From Candidatus Ozemobacteraceae bacterium (GTDB lineage Bacteria > Muiribacteriota > Ozemobacteria > Ozemobacterales > Ozemobacteraceae): DNA of 64,000 nt. The stretch is taken from positions 1,504,001-1,568,000 of the forward strand of contig OZ223236.1 of assembly GCA_965140445.1 (NCBI GenBank). The letters are read 5' to 3'. A program made the position numbers and the translations under genes. This document shows positions 1 to 10,973 of the stretch, piece by piece (the first letter of the stretch is position 1; every line of letters starts with the position of its first letter). A model generated the notes under the pieces. That model worked only from the letters and a program-made list of their open reading frames with translations, was not told where the DNA came from and did no database searches.

Positions 1-1052
1 TTAATTTCATGTGCTATACCTGCGGAAAAACGACCAAGGGCAGCCATTTTTTCTTTGTTGGCCAATTCTCTTTGAACCTCTATAAGCCTGCTTTGAGCCT
101 GGGAAAGCTCTCTAACCATGTCATTAAAGCTCAATGCCACAGTCTCGATTTCATCCCCACTATTGACCATTGGAGGCTCATTTAGTGGTATTTCTTTCCA
201 ATTTCCTTTTGCAACCTGTTCGATAGCATGCTTTAGTGCTGACAATGGGAAAAGCAGTTTTTTACCAATGAAATAGCCCAAAATTAACAAAGCAAGAACC
301 TCTATTAGGGCAAGTCTTATCATTAGCTGATTTATACTTTCTCTTGAAATAGATGCTTTTAAAGATGGGTAACCAGCTGCGCTAAATAAATTATTCTGGT
401 TGTTAAATGCTCTAACTCTAAAAACCTGGTCTCCAACATTTATTTGTCCGGTATTGCCGCTTTTTAAAAGATTCTTAAAAAAAGAAAAGTTTTCGGTAAA
501 TCCTTTTTGATATAAAACTCCCTTTTCATCCCATATGGCAAATGCCGGAACGTCTATTTTGCCAAAATCTGGCTTTTTTGATAGGAAAATTTCATGTTCA
601 TCTTTGTTCAGGGGTGCAACTGAACAAATTTGCCCATGGTATGAAAGTGGCCCAGAATCACTTACTCTAAGAAAGCTGCCTGCTGATGAATTCTTTAGTG
701 TTTGCGGTGACACATGACCGAGGACAGAAAAATTTTGTTTTTGAATTAAATCAATATGGCTTAGAGAAAGGCTTCCTTTCAATTTTTCCAAAGTCTCAAT
801 TTTTTCGTCTGAGCTCATTGCTGCTAAGTCTATCTGATTGAAAGCTTTAGCCGTCTCAGAAGCCAGTTTATTCAAATTAAACTGTTCTTTTTTTAAAAAC
901 GCCCCAATTTGAGAATTGAGATTTTCCAGCTTTTGAATATCCGATTCATCAATAGATAAACCAAGGCTTTGTGCAGCCCAAAAAGAGACAACTGAGATAA
1001 TTGCAATTATAAGAAAAGTAAAACCTATGCTAATTTTTGTTCTAATACCCAT
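1..1052 (-). CDS. Membrane sensor histidine kinase (TM-periplasmic-TM-HAMP-HisKA), truncated by the window edge; absent from the ORF track
   Basis: Hand translation from ATG 1052: MGIRTKISIGFTFLIIAIISVVSFWAA (TM1); LALIEVLALLILGYFIGKKLLFPLSALKHAIEQVAKG...DEIETVALSFNDM (TM2+HAMP); EKMAALGRFSAGIAHEI (NtrB-type H-box) running to position 1. Confidence 0.9.
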   Translation of the reverse strand, partial: MGIRTKISIGFTFLIIAIISVVSFWAAQSLGLSIDESDIQKLENLNSQIGAFLKKEQFNLNKLASETAKAFNQIDLAAMSSDEKIETLEKLKGSLSLSHIDLIQKQNFSVLGHVSPQTLKNSSAGSFLRVSDSGPLSYHGQICSVAPLNKDEHEIFLSKKPDFGKIDVPAFAIWDEKGVLYQKGFTENFSFFKNLLKSGNTGQINVGDQVFRVRAFNNQNNLFSAAGYPSLKASISRESINQLMIRLALIEVLALLILGYFIGKKLLFPLSALKHAIEQVAKGNWKEIPLNEPPMVNSGDEIETVALSFNDMVRELSQAQSRLIEVQRELANKEKMAALGRFSAGIAHEI

Positions 1053-1122
1053 CAGATTGATCCTTGAGGGTTATTCTATCGTTAAAAGTTACGTATGAAC
1101 AGTAAAAAAGTCTGGTAATAGA

Positions 1123-1158
1123 AAAACAGCTGCCCTTGAAATAAAGAGCAGCTGTTTT
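1123..1158. terminator. Intrinsic terminator after tpiA
   Basis: AAAACAGCTGC...GCAGCTGTTTT inverted repeat with A/T tracts. Confidence 0.75.
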
Positions 1159-1168
1159 AATTTTAATT

Positions 1169-1921
1169 CTAGTAGGTTATCAGCTTAGAGAAGGATTCAG
1201 CTTCGAGGCTTGCTCCTCCTACGAGAGCTCCGTCAATTCCTTCTTCTTTCATATATGACACAACATTCTCTGGTTTTACTGAACCACCATAAAGAATTCT
1301 AACTTTATCAGCTATTTCAGCTCCATAGCGGCTTCTAATAAATTCTCTTATCAGTGCAATAGCATCATGCGCGTCTTTGGTTGTTGCATTTTTACCTGTT
1401 CCGATTGCCCAAACTGGTTCGTATGCGATAACAAGCTTAGAAACAAATTCTTCGGAAACACCCTTAAGGTTCTTTTCCATCTGGTTCAAAATGACTTGAT
1501 CTGTCATATCTTTTTCGCGTTCTTCAAGCTGTTCGCCAACACAAAGAACAGGAATCAAACCATGTTCAAAAGCAGAAATTACTTTTTTATTGATCAGTTC
1601 ATCTGTTTCACCAAAAACCCATCTTCTTTCTGAGTGCCCGAGAATTACAAATTCACAGGTCAAATCTTTGAGCATCATTGGAGAAACTTCACCAGTAAAA
1701 GCGCCTTTTTCTTCAAAATACATGTTTTGGGCGCCAAGTAAAACGTTGCTTCCTTGTCTACCTTGATCAACAGGGTAAATAAGAGGGAACGGTGGGCATA
1801 TAAGCACGTCACGTTCCTTTACATCCATAATTTTGGGAAGAAGCTCGGCCATAAAGCTTTTTGCTTCCTGTGAAGTTTTATGCATCTTCCAGTTTGCTGC
1901 GATTAGTGGTCTTCTTGTCAT
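1169..1921 (-). CDS. tpiA: Triosephosphate isomerase
   Basis: ANWKMH, GHSERR, AYEPVWAIGTG, LYGGSV, GALVGGASL motifs. Confidence 0.98.
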   Translation of the reverse strand: MTRRPLIAANWKMHKTSQEAKSFMAELLPKIMDVKERDVLICPPFPLIYPVDQGRQGSNVLLGAQNMYFEEKGAFTGEVSPMMLKDLTCEFVILGHSERRWVFGETDELINKKVISAFEHGLIPVLCVGEQLEEREKDMTDQVILNQMEKNLKGVSEEFVSKLVIAYEPVWAIGTGKNATTKDAHDAIALIREFIRSRYGAEIADKVRILYGGSVKPENVVSYMKEEGIDGALVGGASLEAESFSKLITY

Positions 1922-3129
1922 TATTTTGCTCCTTCAGCCATTTCTTTGATGTTACGTGAAAAAACTTCTATTCCTGGGAGGGTTTTTCCTTCGAGGAATT
2001 CAAGGCAAGCGCCTCCGCCTGTAGAAACATGAGAGACTTTGTCTGCTGCTCCCATTTGTTCAACTGCTGCTACGGAATCGCCACCACCAACTATTGTAAC
2101 CGCGTCGATTTCTGCAAGAATTTCTGCGGTTTTTCTTGTACCGATATCAAATGGTGGGATTTCAAATACTCCCATTGGGCCATTCCATAAAACAGTTTTG
2201 GCACTGCGAAGTTCTTTATCAAACAATTTGATTGTTTCAGGTCCTATATCCAGACCGAGTTCATCGTCGGGGATATTGTCGATTGAAACGGTTTTGGTTT
2301 CAGTTCCAGCTTTAAATTCTTTGGCGCAAACCACGTCGGTTGGAAGAATTAAAGATTTTCCGCTTGTTTTTGCTTTTTCGATTAGCTTTTTGGCCAATTC
2401 GATCTTATCGTCTTCACACAATGATTTTCCAATGTTGTAACCCTGGGCTTTTAGAAAGGTAAATGCCATTCCTCCGCCTATAAGTAGGGAATCAACTTTT
2501 TCAAGGAGATTTTCGATTACAAGAATTTTATCGCTGACTTTTGCACCGCCAAGTATAGCAACCAATGGGCGATCGGGAGATCCGGTTACTTTTCCAAGGT
2601 AGTTGATTTCCTTTTCCATTAGCAATCCAGCATATGCGGGAAGGGTATCTGCGATTCCTGCAGTTGAAGCGTGAGCCCTGTGAGCTGTTCCGAAAGCGTC
2701 ACTAACATAAATGTCGCCTAAGGAAGCTAGAGCTTTAGCAAATGTTGGATCATTTTTCTTTTCTGCATTATGAAATCTTAGATTTTCAAGCAGAACAACT
2801 TCTCCGTTGTTTAAGTTGTTAACTAGCTCAACTGTTTTTTCTCCGATGCAATCTTCAGCAAATTTGACTTCTTTACCGAGCAATTTGCTTAAATGATTTA
2901 CAACTGATTTCAGTGAGTATTTTGCTTCGAACTCACCCTTTGGACGGCCAAGATGACTCATGATAATCAGCTTTCCGCCCTGATCAAGAATGTGCTTAAG
3001 GGTTGGTATGGCTCTTCTGATACGAGTGTCGTCTGTAATATTCAAATTCTCATCCAATGGAACGTTGAAATCCACACGAACGAGCGCTTTTTTACCAGAA
3101 AAATTAATATCTCTTATTGTTCTGAACAT
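1921..3129 (-). CDS. pgk: Phosphoglycerate kinase
   Basis: [62 protein letters not shown] overlap with tpiA. Confidence 0.98.
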   Translation of the reverse strand: MFRTIRDINFSGKKALVRVDFNVPLDENLNITDDTRIRRAIPTLKHILDQGGKLIIMSHLGRPKGEFEAKYSLKSVVNHLSKLLGKEVKFAEDCIGEKTVELVNNLNNGEVVLLENLRFHNAEKKNDPTFAKALASLGDIYVSDAFGTAHRAHASTAGIADTLPAYAGLLMEKEINYLGKVTGSPDRPLVAILGGAKVSDKILVIENLLEKVDSLLIGGGMAFTFLKAQGYNIGKSLCEDDKIELAKKLIEKAKTSGKSLILPTDVVCAKEFKAGTETKTVSIDNIPDDELGLDIGPETIKLFDKELRSAKTVLWNGPMGVFEIPPFDIGTRKTAEILAEIDAVTIVGGGDSVAAVEQMGAADKVSHVSTGGGACLEFLEGKTLPGIEVFSRNIKEMAEGAK

Positions 3130-3180
3130 TTGTGTCCCTCCTGATATTGTCTGGAGCTTTCAATTATAACCTAAATTTAA

Positions 3181-3214
3181 AAAACAGGAAACCTGCAATC
3201 AGGTTCCCTGTTTT
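3181..3214 (-). terminator. Hairpin between gap and pgk (partial terminator or mRNA stabiliser)
   Basis: AAAACAGGAAACCTG...CAGGTTCCCTGTTTT. Confidence 0.6.
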
Positions 3215-3235
3215 AGAATCAATTAAAGTGCCTTC

Positions 3236-4258
<1,023 letters not shown>

Positions 4259-4296
4259 TTAGATTTTGTGTCCCACTTTGTGAAATTCGGGACAAT

Positions 4297-4327
4297 AAAA
4301 AACGATGCCCCTTATTTACTAGGGGCA
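4297..4327 (-). terminator. Probable terminator after cmk-rpsA
   Basis: TGCCCCT/AGGGGCA stem followed by a T-run on the minus strand. Confidence 0.55.
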
Positions 4328-4379
4328 CCGATTAATGTCAAGCAGGAAATTTCCTGCGTGCTAAGATGAGCTCTAATAC

Positions 4380-7142
4380 TTACTTGTCAAGCTGCTGCTT
4401 GAAAGATTCGAGCTGTTCTTTAAGAAGATCACCAATTGTATCAGAGAAGCCAGTTTCTGACTGAGCCTGATATTTTTGGAGTTCTTTTTTGTCGCTATCC
4501 ATCGCTGCTTCTTTGATTGAGAGTTTCAATCTGCGATTTTTTCTATCAAGTTCAAGAACTTTAAAATTAACTTTGTCACCCTGGCTTACTGCTTCTGAAG
4601 GTGAGTTAACTCTTTGATTTGAAAGTTGAGAGATGTGGATGAAGCCAACGATATTTTCGGCAACTTCAATTTCAGCGCCGTTATCAAGAAGTTTAGAGAT
4701 TTTTCCTTCATGAACTGATTCTTTAGGGAATTGTCTTTCAATTTCTTTCCATGGATCATCAGCAAGTCTTCTAAGAGATAAACCGATTTTCTGTTTTCCC
4801 TTATCAACTTCATAAACCATAACTTCAACCTGATCGCCCACTTTAAGAACTTCAGATGGATCACCAACTTCGTTCTGCCATGAGAATTCAGAGATATGGA
4901 GAAGGCCTTCGATGCCGTTTTCAAGTTGAACAAAAGCGCCATAGCTTACAAGGTTTTTTACAACGCCAGTAACTTTCTGACCAATTTTGAACTGACCTTC
5001 AACTGCTTCCCATGGATCAGTCATAGTCTGTTTGAGACCAAGAGAGAGTCTATGGTTTCCAGTGTCAACGTTAAGGATCTTAACTTTAACTTCCTGGCCT
5101 TTTTCCAATACTTCTTTTGGATGGTTAACTTTTCTTACCCAATCCATATCAGAAACATGGAGAAGTCCTTCAATTCCATTTTCGATTTCAATGAAAGCAC
5201 CAAAATCTGTCATGTTGTTTACTTTACCAGTTACAACATCACCAATTTTGTATTTGGTTTCAATTTCGTCCCAAGGATGTGGAAGTACTTCTTTGTAAGA
5301 AAGAGAAATTCTCTTTTTATCTTTGTCGATTTCTTTGATTACAACATCAATTGAATCGCCAGAAGTAACAACTTCCTGTGGATGTTTTACGTTTCTTGAC
5401 CAACTAAGGTCAGAAATGTGAACAAGGCCTTCAACGCCTTCTTCTAATTCAACGAAAGCACCAAAATCCATCAGGTTTTTAACTTTTCCAGGGTATTTCT
5501 GACCAACTTTGTAACGATCATCAACGCTTTCCCATGGATTGTCTTTTTTCTGTTTCAAGCCAAGGCTGATTTTGCCTTTTTCTTGATCCATTTTCAGGAT
5601 TTTTGCTTCGATTTCTGCGCCTGGTTGAACAACTTCTCTTGGGTTAGAGATAACTGACCAGCTCAGATCGTTTCTATGAATGAGACCTTCAACGCCATCG
5701 CCGAGATCAACAAAAGCACCGTATTCTACTATTCTAGAAACAGTTCCCTTGATAAGATCATCAGTTTTGAAGTTTTCGAAGATTTCGCCTTTGCGTTTAT
5801 CTCTGATTTTGTCAAGAATTGCTCTTTCTGAAACAACAACGTTCTTGCGTCTTTTGTCAAATTCAGTAACAAGCATTGGGAAAGTTTTTCCGATGCTTTC
5901 TTTAGCATTCTTGCCATGTGAGAGCTGGCTTTGTGGAAGGAAAGCTCTGATTCCTTTGATATTCACATTGTATCCACCTTTGATGCGTTCTTTAATAGTC
6001 GCTTCAACAGGTATCTTTTTGGTGAATGAATCATGTATATCATCCCAGGCGCCTAATTCTTTTGCTCTGCGATAGGAGAGCAAAAGCTGGCCGTGACCAT
6101 CGTCAATACGTTTTACGAAAACTCTGATTTCGTCGCCGACTTCAAAAGGTTTGTCTTCGCCCTGAATTTCTTCATGGGGAACAATTCCGTCTGATTTGTA
6201 GCCTAAATCTACATAGAGGCCGGTCTGATTCTTTTCGATGATGGTCCCAGTTACAATCGCTCCCTTGGAGATGGTTCGGATTTCATCACTATTGAGAGCC
6301 TCCTCCATGGTCATTGGCGCGTCGTCCATGGCCTGACTTTCTTTAGTTTCCGATTCTGTTTGTGTCAAATTGACTTCTTCCATACGTTCCTCCATTGGGC
6401 TCATGTTGTCCCGGGTATTAGTTGCAATATCGATAATCCGGTCTATAACCTGTTCGATTGATAGAGCGGTGGTATCCAGTAAAACTGCTCCCTCTGCCTG
6501 AATAAGAGGGGCTACTTCGCGATTTGAATCAATTTCATCACGTCTTGCAATATCCTGCATTAGTGTTTCAAGATTTGCTTCAAATCCTTTATTTTTAAGG
6601 TCTAGCAGTCTTCTTTGAGCTCTTTCTTCAATTGAAGCGGTTAAAAATATCTTAACTGGAGCATGTGGAAATACCACTGAACCTATATCACGACCATCTA
6701 CAACCCATTTGCCTTCTGAGCCAATTTTTCTTTGCAGGTTGGTCATGCAATCTCTTACATTAGCATCAGCTGCAATGTAGGAGACATTTTTTGCTACTTC
6801 CGGAGTTCTGATTTCATTCGTTACTTCCTGTCCGTTTAAAAATACGGCTGGAAGCGGCGAATTTGCCTTTTCTTTAAACTGAATCTTGCTTTCATGGGCG
6901 CACTTGTTTAAGCCAGCCTGATCTGAAAAATCCAGACCTTCTTGCATGACTTTATAGGTTACCGCTCTATACATTGCTCCTGTATCGAGGTAACAGTAGC
7001 CAAGTTTTTCTGCGACCATTTTGGCTACAGTGCTTTTGCCTGCTCCTGCTGGCCCATCAATTGCTATGACTTCACATGTAGTAACTTTTTGCTGGGTTGA
7101 ATTCAAGACTAGTTCTAGACTCCTTAAATTCGCTGAAGACAT
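4380..7142 (-). CDS. cmk-rpsA: Cytidylate kinase / 30S ribosomal protein S1 fusion with 7 S1 domains
   Basis: N-terminal IAIDGPAGAGKSTVA, DTGAMYR, DGRDIG; C-terminal repeated FGAFVEL..GVEGLxHxSDLSW S1 units; conserved aroA-cmk-rpsA order. Confidence 0.93.
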   Translation of the reverse strand: MSSANLRSLELVLNSTQQKVTTCEVIAIDGPAGAGKSTVAKMVAEKLGYCYLDTGAMYRAVTYKVMQEGLDFSDQAGLNKCAHESKIQFKEKANSPLPAVFLNGQEVTNEIRTPEVAKNVSYIAADANVRDCMTNLQRKIGSEGKWVVDGRDIGSVVFPHAPVKIFLTASIEERAQRRLLDLKNKGFEANLETLMQDIARRDEIDSNREVAPLIQAEGAVLLDTTALSIEQVIDRIIDIATNTRDNMSPMEERMEEVNLTQTESETKESQAMDDAPMTMEEALNSDEIRTISKGAIVTGTIIEKNQTGLYVDLGYKSDGIVPHEEIQGEDKPFEVGDEIRVFVKRIDDGHGQLLLSYRRAKELGAWDDIHDSFTKKIPVEATIKERIKGGYNVNIKGIRAFLPQSQLSHGKNAKESIGKTFPMLVTEFDKRRKNVVVSERAILDKIRDKRKGEIFENFKTDDLIKGTVSRIVEYGAFVDLGDGVEGLIHRNDLSWSVISNPREVVQPGAEIEAKILKMDQEKGKISLGLKQKKDNPWESVDDRYKVGQKYPGKVKNLMDFGAFVELEEGVEGLVHISDLSWSRNVKHPQEVVTSGDSIDVVIKEIDKDKKRISLSYKEVLPHPWDEIETKYKIGDVVTGKVNNMTDFGAFIEIENGIEGLLHVSDMDWVRKVNHPKEVLEKGQEVKVKILNVDTGNHRLSLGLKQTMTDPWEAVEGQFKIGQKVTGVVKNLVSYGAFVQLENGIEGLLHISEFSWQNEVGDPSEVLKVGDQVEVMVYEVDKGKQKIGLSLRRLADDPWKEIERQFPKESVHEGKISKLLDNGAEIEVAENIVGFIHISQLSNQRVNSPSEAVSQGDKVNFKVLELDRKNRRLKLSIKEAAMDSDKKELQKYQAQSETGFSDTIGDLLKEQLESFKQQLDK

Positions 7143-7165
7143 CTATCTTACAGCTAGTGGCCGTT

Positions 7166-7194
7166 AATGTACACTATTTTGAAGAAAGTTGCAA
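7166..7194 (-). promoter_or_regulatory. Sigma70-type promoter for cmk-rpsA
   Basis: TTGCAA-17 nt-TACATT on the minus strand. Confidence 0.55.
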
Positions 7195-7234
7195 GAAAAA
7201 TTGAAAAAAAATGGCGTAAAATGTTTTTTACGTC

Positions 7235-8524
7235 CTAATTCAGCTTCTTTAACGCGTTAAAAAAATCTGGCCATGAAATTTCTACTATTTCTGGGTTTTT
7301 TACTAAAATGCTGGTTTTTCCTGCTGCTGCCATTACCGAAAGAGCCATTGCTATTCTATGATCAGATTGCGAATCAATGAAATTTGGCGAGGAAAACTCC
7401 GCTGATCCAACAATTTTGAATCCATCTTCGAATTCGACGAAATCAATTCCAAAGTTAATCAATCCGTTTTTTAGAGCAGAAATTCTATCACTTTCTTTGT
7501 ATCTTAATTCTTTGGCGTCGGTAACAGTGGAGTTCCCGTTAGCGCAGGCCATCGCAACTGCCAGAGCTGGAATTTCATCCACAAGCAGTGGGATTTGTTT
7601 ACCTCCAATTTGTATGCCATTTAGATTTGAAGCCTCAATAGTTACTGTACCGGTTTTTTCAAGAAAGTTTGTTTCAGGTTTATCTGGAATAATCGAAATT
7701 TTTGCTCCCATTTTTTCCAGGACTGACAAAAACTCAATTCTGGTCGGATTTAGCAAGCAATTTGAAAACTCAATCCTGCTTCCTGGAATTATTGCAGCTC
7801 CAACTCCTAAAAATGCTGCAGAACTAGGATCGCCTGGAACATTGAATTTCCAGTTTCCGGAAATTTTTGTTTTTCCAGAGATAATTATTTCTTTTTCTGA
7901 TGAAGAAATTTTGAAGCCCAGCTTTTCCAACAAAATTTCAGTATGATCTCTGCTTTTTACTGGCTCTATTATTTTTGTAGTTCCGTTTGCTTTTAAGCCT
8001 GCAAAAATTAATGAACTTTTTAATTGGGCTGAGGGTATTGGCAGGCAATATTCAATGCCTGTCAGGTTTTTTGTGCCAACAATTCTTATTGGAAGTTTGT
8101 CCTGGTCGCTTATACAAGATATGTTTGCGCCCATTGAACGAAGTGGAGTGACTACTCGTTTCATAGGCCTCTGGCTTAAAGATTGATCGCCGTGAAGTTC
8201 AAAGTTTCCTTCTATACCGGATAAAATCCCACAAAGTAATCTTGCGGTGGTGCCAGAGTTCTGGCAATTAAGAATTTTTGTTTCCGCTGGATTGTCCAGG
8301 TTATGGGAAGTCAGTTCTATGTGATTCTGCGTTACAAATTTAACTTTCACCCCTAAACTTTTCACAATTTCCAAGCTGGTGAGAACGTCCTGACAGTTTG
8401 ATAAATTGGTGATTTCGATTTTCCCCTTTACTAGAAGTGATGCCAAAACCAATCTATGGGAAATAGATTTGTCTCCCGGTAAATTTATTTTTGCGGAAAA
8501 GGGGGATAGGGGAGAGATTATCAT
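7235..8524 (-). CDS. aroA: EPSP synthase (class II)
   Basis: LPGDKSISHR, NSGTTARL, SAQLKS, RDHTE, NPTR, KESDRI, DHRIAM. Confidence 0.96.
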   Translation of the reverse strand: MIISPLSPFSAKINLPGDKSISHRLVLASLLVKGKIEITNLSNCQDVLTSLEIVKSLGVKVKFVTQNHIELTSHNLDNPAETKILNCQNSGTTARLLCGILSGIEGNFELHGDQSLSQRPMKRVVTPLRSMGANISCISDQDKLPIRIVGTKNLTGIEYCLPIPSAQLKSSLIFAGLKANGTTKIIEPVKSRDHTEILLEKLGFKISSSEKEIIISGKTKISGNWKFNVPGDPSSAAFLGVGAAIIPGSRIEFSNCLLNPTRIEFLSVLEKMGAKISIIPDKPETNFLEKTGTVTIEASNLNGIQIGGKQIPLLVDEIPALAVAMACANGNSTVTDAKELRYKESDRISALKNGLINFGIDFVEFEDGFKIVGSAEFSSPNFIDSQSDHRIAMALSVMAAAGKTSILVKNPEIVEISWPDFFNALKKLN

Positions 8525-9822
8525 TAAATTGGTTTTCCAAGCATGATTGCAAGAATCTGGTCGTCGGTTTCTACCATTCCAGGGGCGGCAATTCTTCCAA
8601 TATTTGCCAGGCTCTCTTCAAGTGTGTCGCCTAATACGCCATTGGTTGTAGGCAGCTTAAGTCCCTGTCTTGACATTAGTGCCGCTTGAAATGCAGAGTC
8701 AACAGCACAAACAAGCTTTATAGCACAGCCAACTTTTGCACCATCACAAATAATTCCTGTGATGCTTCCAACCATATTGTTTATTGCAGCTGTTGCCATT
8801 TCAAGGTTCCCGTCCAGAAGGTAAATTGCTCCTGCTGTCAGACCAGTTCCAGAACAAACCACACATCCGCACATTGCAGAAAGAGTTCCAGTGTGATGTT
8901 TGAGAATACTGGTTATTCCGTGACTTATTGCCAGAGCTTCAGCAAGTCTCTTGTCACTTGCTTTAAGGTGGGTTGCCAATGAATATAAAGGTAATGTAAT
9001 TGAAAGCCCTTGATTGCCTGATCCGGCTGATGTCATTACGGGAAGTTCACATCCGGACATTCTTGCATCTACAGCAGCCGAGGTAAGGGCTTTGGCTTTG
9101 TTTACAATATCATTGCCCAGCCATCCTTCATTGATCAACTTGTCATAGATATTGCCTATCTGCAAGAATCCATCTTTGCCCTTTCCAGCTTCAGCCACTT
9201 TAAGGTTCATCTCAACCCCTTTTAGGAGGTGCTGTCTTGTTTTTTCTGAAAGCTGCTCAATGCAATTCCAGATTATTGAAAAGTTTTGTTTGGCAAGTGC
9301 CTCTCTGGCTACCAGGATTTCGTCTGTTTGTTTTTTCTTATTATCTTCAGCCGATAGAATAATTTCTCCATTTTTTTCCAATAGAGTTAGATTCTCGTGG
9401 CTTCCTTTGATTATTGCTCTGCCATAACCAGACTCGGACTGAGCTCTAACTTCCACAAATAACCCCTGTATTCCGGAAGCAAGGTCTAGTTTTATGCGAT
9501 TGTTTTCTACCAGTTGTTTAGCTTTATTTAACCAGTTTTCATCAACACCTTCGAGCAGAGTCAGGTCGGGTTTGCTTTTTCTGGCATAGCAACCAAGTGC
9601 TGCGGCAAGGTAAATTCCGCGTTCGCCGTGGGTGCCTGGAATACCGACTTCCATAGCGTTTTTGAAAAGATTTGTAGATAGACGAATTTCAATTTTTCTT
9701 ATTGGAGGTTCTATTTGTCGGCAAGCAAAGGCAGAGGCCAGGGCGATAGTTATTGGCTCTGTGCAGCCAAGAGCAGCTTTTACATCAATCATGATGGTCT
9801 TTTCTAATTGGTTTATGCTCAT
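8524..9822 (-). CDS. YhaM/UPF0597-like serine dehydratase alpha family protein (putative cysteine desulfidase)
   Basis: ALGCTEP, LFKNAMEVGIPG, DARMSGCELPVMTSAGSGNQG, LSAMCGC, GIICDGAKVGCA. Confidence 0.85.
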   Translation of the reverse strand: MSINQLEKTIMIDVKAALGCTEPITIALASAFACRQIEPPIRKIEIRLSTNLFKNAMEVGIPGTHGERGIYLAAALGCYARKSKPDLTLLEGVDENWLNKAKQLVENNRIKLDLASGIQGLFVEVRAQSESGYGRAIIKGSHENLTLLEKNGEIILSAEDNKKKQTDEILVAREALAKQNFSIIWNCIEQLSEKTRQHLLKGVEMNLKVAEAGKGKDGFLQIGNIYDKLINEGWLGNDIVNKAKALTSAAVDARMSGCELPVMTSAGSGNQGLSITLPLYSLATHLKASDKRLAEALAISHGITSILKHHTGTLSAMCGCVVCSGTGLTAGAIYLLDGNLEMATAAINNMVGSITGIICDGAKVGCAIKLVCAVDSAFQAALMSRQGLKLPTTNGVLGDTLEESLANIGRIAAPGMVETDDQILAIMLGKPI

Positions 9823-9939
9823 ACTTGAACCTCCGTTTTTAGGAATCTAGCACGCAATAAATTCCTTGAAAAGAAATTTTGATTATCAGAAAGAAAAAAG
9901 TCGCGCAAATTTGTTAGAATGAAAAAAATTGGAGGCTCT

Positions 9940-10893
9940 ATGAAGAAAAACACTTTAGGCTCAACTGGATTAAAAGTAACTCAACTTTGTTTTGGAACTC
10001 TTACTATGAGCCCAATGCAGAGAGATCTGTCTCCAAAAGACGGTGGAAGCTTGATTATGTATGGTTTAAGAAGCGGGATTAACTTTATTGATACAGCTCA
10101 AATGTATGGTTCTTATCCACACGTTAAAGAAGCTCTTCGCAGTTGGGGAGGAGAACGACCGGTGGTTTCTTCTAAATCAGCAGCGAAAGACAGACCTACG
10201 ATGAAAGCTGCAATTGATGAATGTCTTAATGAAACAGGATTGGATTATATTGACATCTTTTTGTTGCATGCTGTGAGGGATGTTGGAGATTATGACTCAA
10301 GAGCAGAAGCTTTAAAAGCTTTGCAAGAAGCTAAGCAGGCAGGAAAAATAAGGTTTATTGGTGCAAGTTCACATTCTGCCAGGACAATAGACTTTCTTTC
10401 ACACCAAAAAGAGATTGATATTTTGCATCCCATGTTTAATAAAGATGGAATTGGAATTCTGGATGTTGAATTGTCTGAAATGAAACAGATTTTAAGATTT
10501 GCTAAAGCTGCAGGAAAAGGAATTTACGCTATGAAGCCACTTGGTGGCGGACATTTAAGAAATAGCGTGCAGGAATCCCTGGAATGGGTCTTTAAATCAA
10601 ATTGTGTTGATGCTGCTGCCGTTGGTATGACCACTATTGAAGAAGTTCAAATGAATGTAGCTATTTGCAGAGGTGAAAAAGTCGATTCGGATTTTGCTCA
10701 AAGAGTCGCAGGGCAACCCAGAAGATTGTTTATTAATGAAGGCATTTGTATTAATTGTGGAAAATGCATTGCTGCCTGTCAGCAGAAAGCTTTGGTTAAA
10801 GGAGAAAAACACCCTCAAATTAAACATGAGCAATGTGTTCTGTGCGGATATTGTGCTCCAGAATGTCCCAAGTTTGCTATCAGAATTATCTGA
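9940..10893 (+). CDS. Aldo/keto reductase with C-terminal 2x[4Fe-4S] ferredoxin domain
   Basis: LGSTGLKVTQLCFGT, FIDTAQMYG, DYIDIFLLH, AMKPLGGG; CINCGKCIAAC and CVLCGYCAPEC; start set at ATG 9940 after GGAGG. Confidence 0.88.
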   Translation: MKKNTLGSTGLKVTQLCFGTLTMSPMQRDLSPKDGGSLIMYGLRSGINFIDTAQMYGSYPHVKEALRSWGGERPVVSSKSAAKDRPTMKAAIDECLNETGLDYIDIFLLHAVRDVGDYDSRAEALKALQEAKQAGKIRFIGASSHSARTIDFLSHQKEIDILHPMFNKDGIGILDVELSEMKQILRFAKAAGKGIYAMKPLGGGHLRNSVQESLEWVFKSNCVDAAAVGMTTIEEVQMNVAICRGEKVDSDFAQRVAGQPRRLFINEGICINCGKCIAACQQKALVKGEKHPQIKHEQCVLCGYCAPECPKFAIRII

Positions 10894-10921
10894 GCAAATT
10901 TTTCGTTGCATTGAGTAAATT

Positions 10922-10958
10922 AAAAAAGCTCCCAGGCTAATGCCTGGGAGCTTTTTTT
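10922..10958. terminator. Bidirectional intrinsic terminator
   Basis: AAAAAAGCTCCCAGGC-TAAT-GCCTGGGAGCTTTTTT between convergent genes. Confidence 0.85.
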
Positions 10959-10973
10959 CAGGATTACTAGAAC

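Noticed and set aside
1915..1960. Thermotoga-style PGK-TPI frameshift fusion
   Set aside because: The -1 frame is open for only four codons before the tpiA ATG, there is no canonical slippery heptamer, and an SD (AAGGAG) is present; ordinary TAATG coupling explains it
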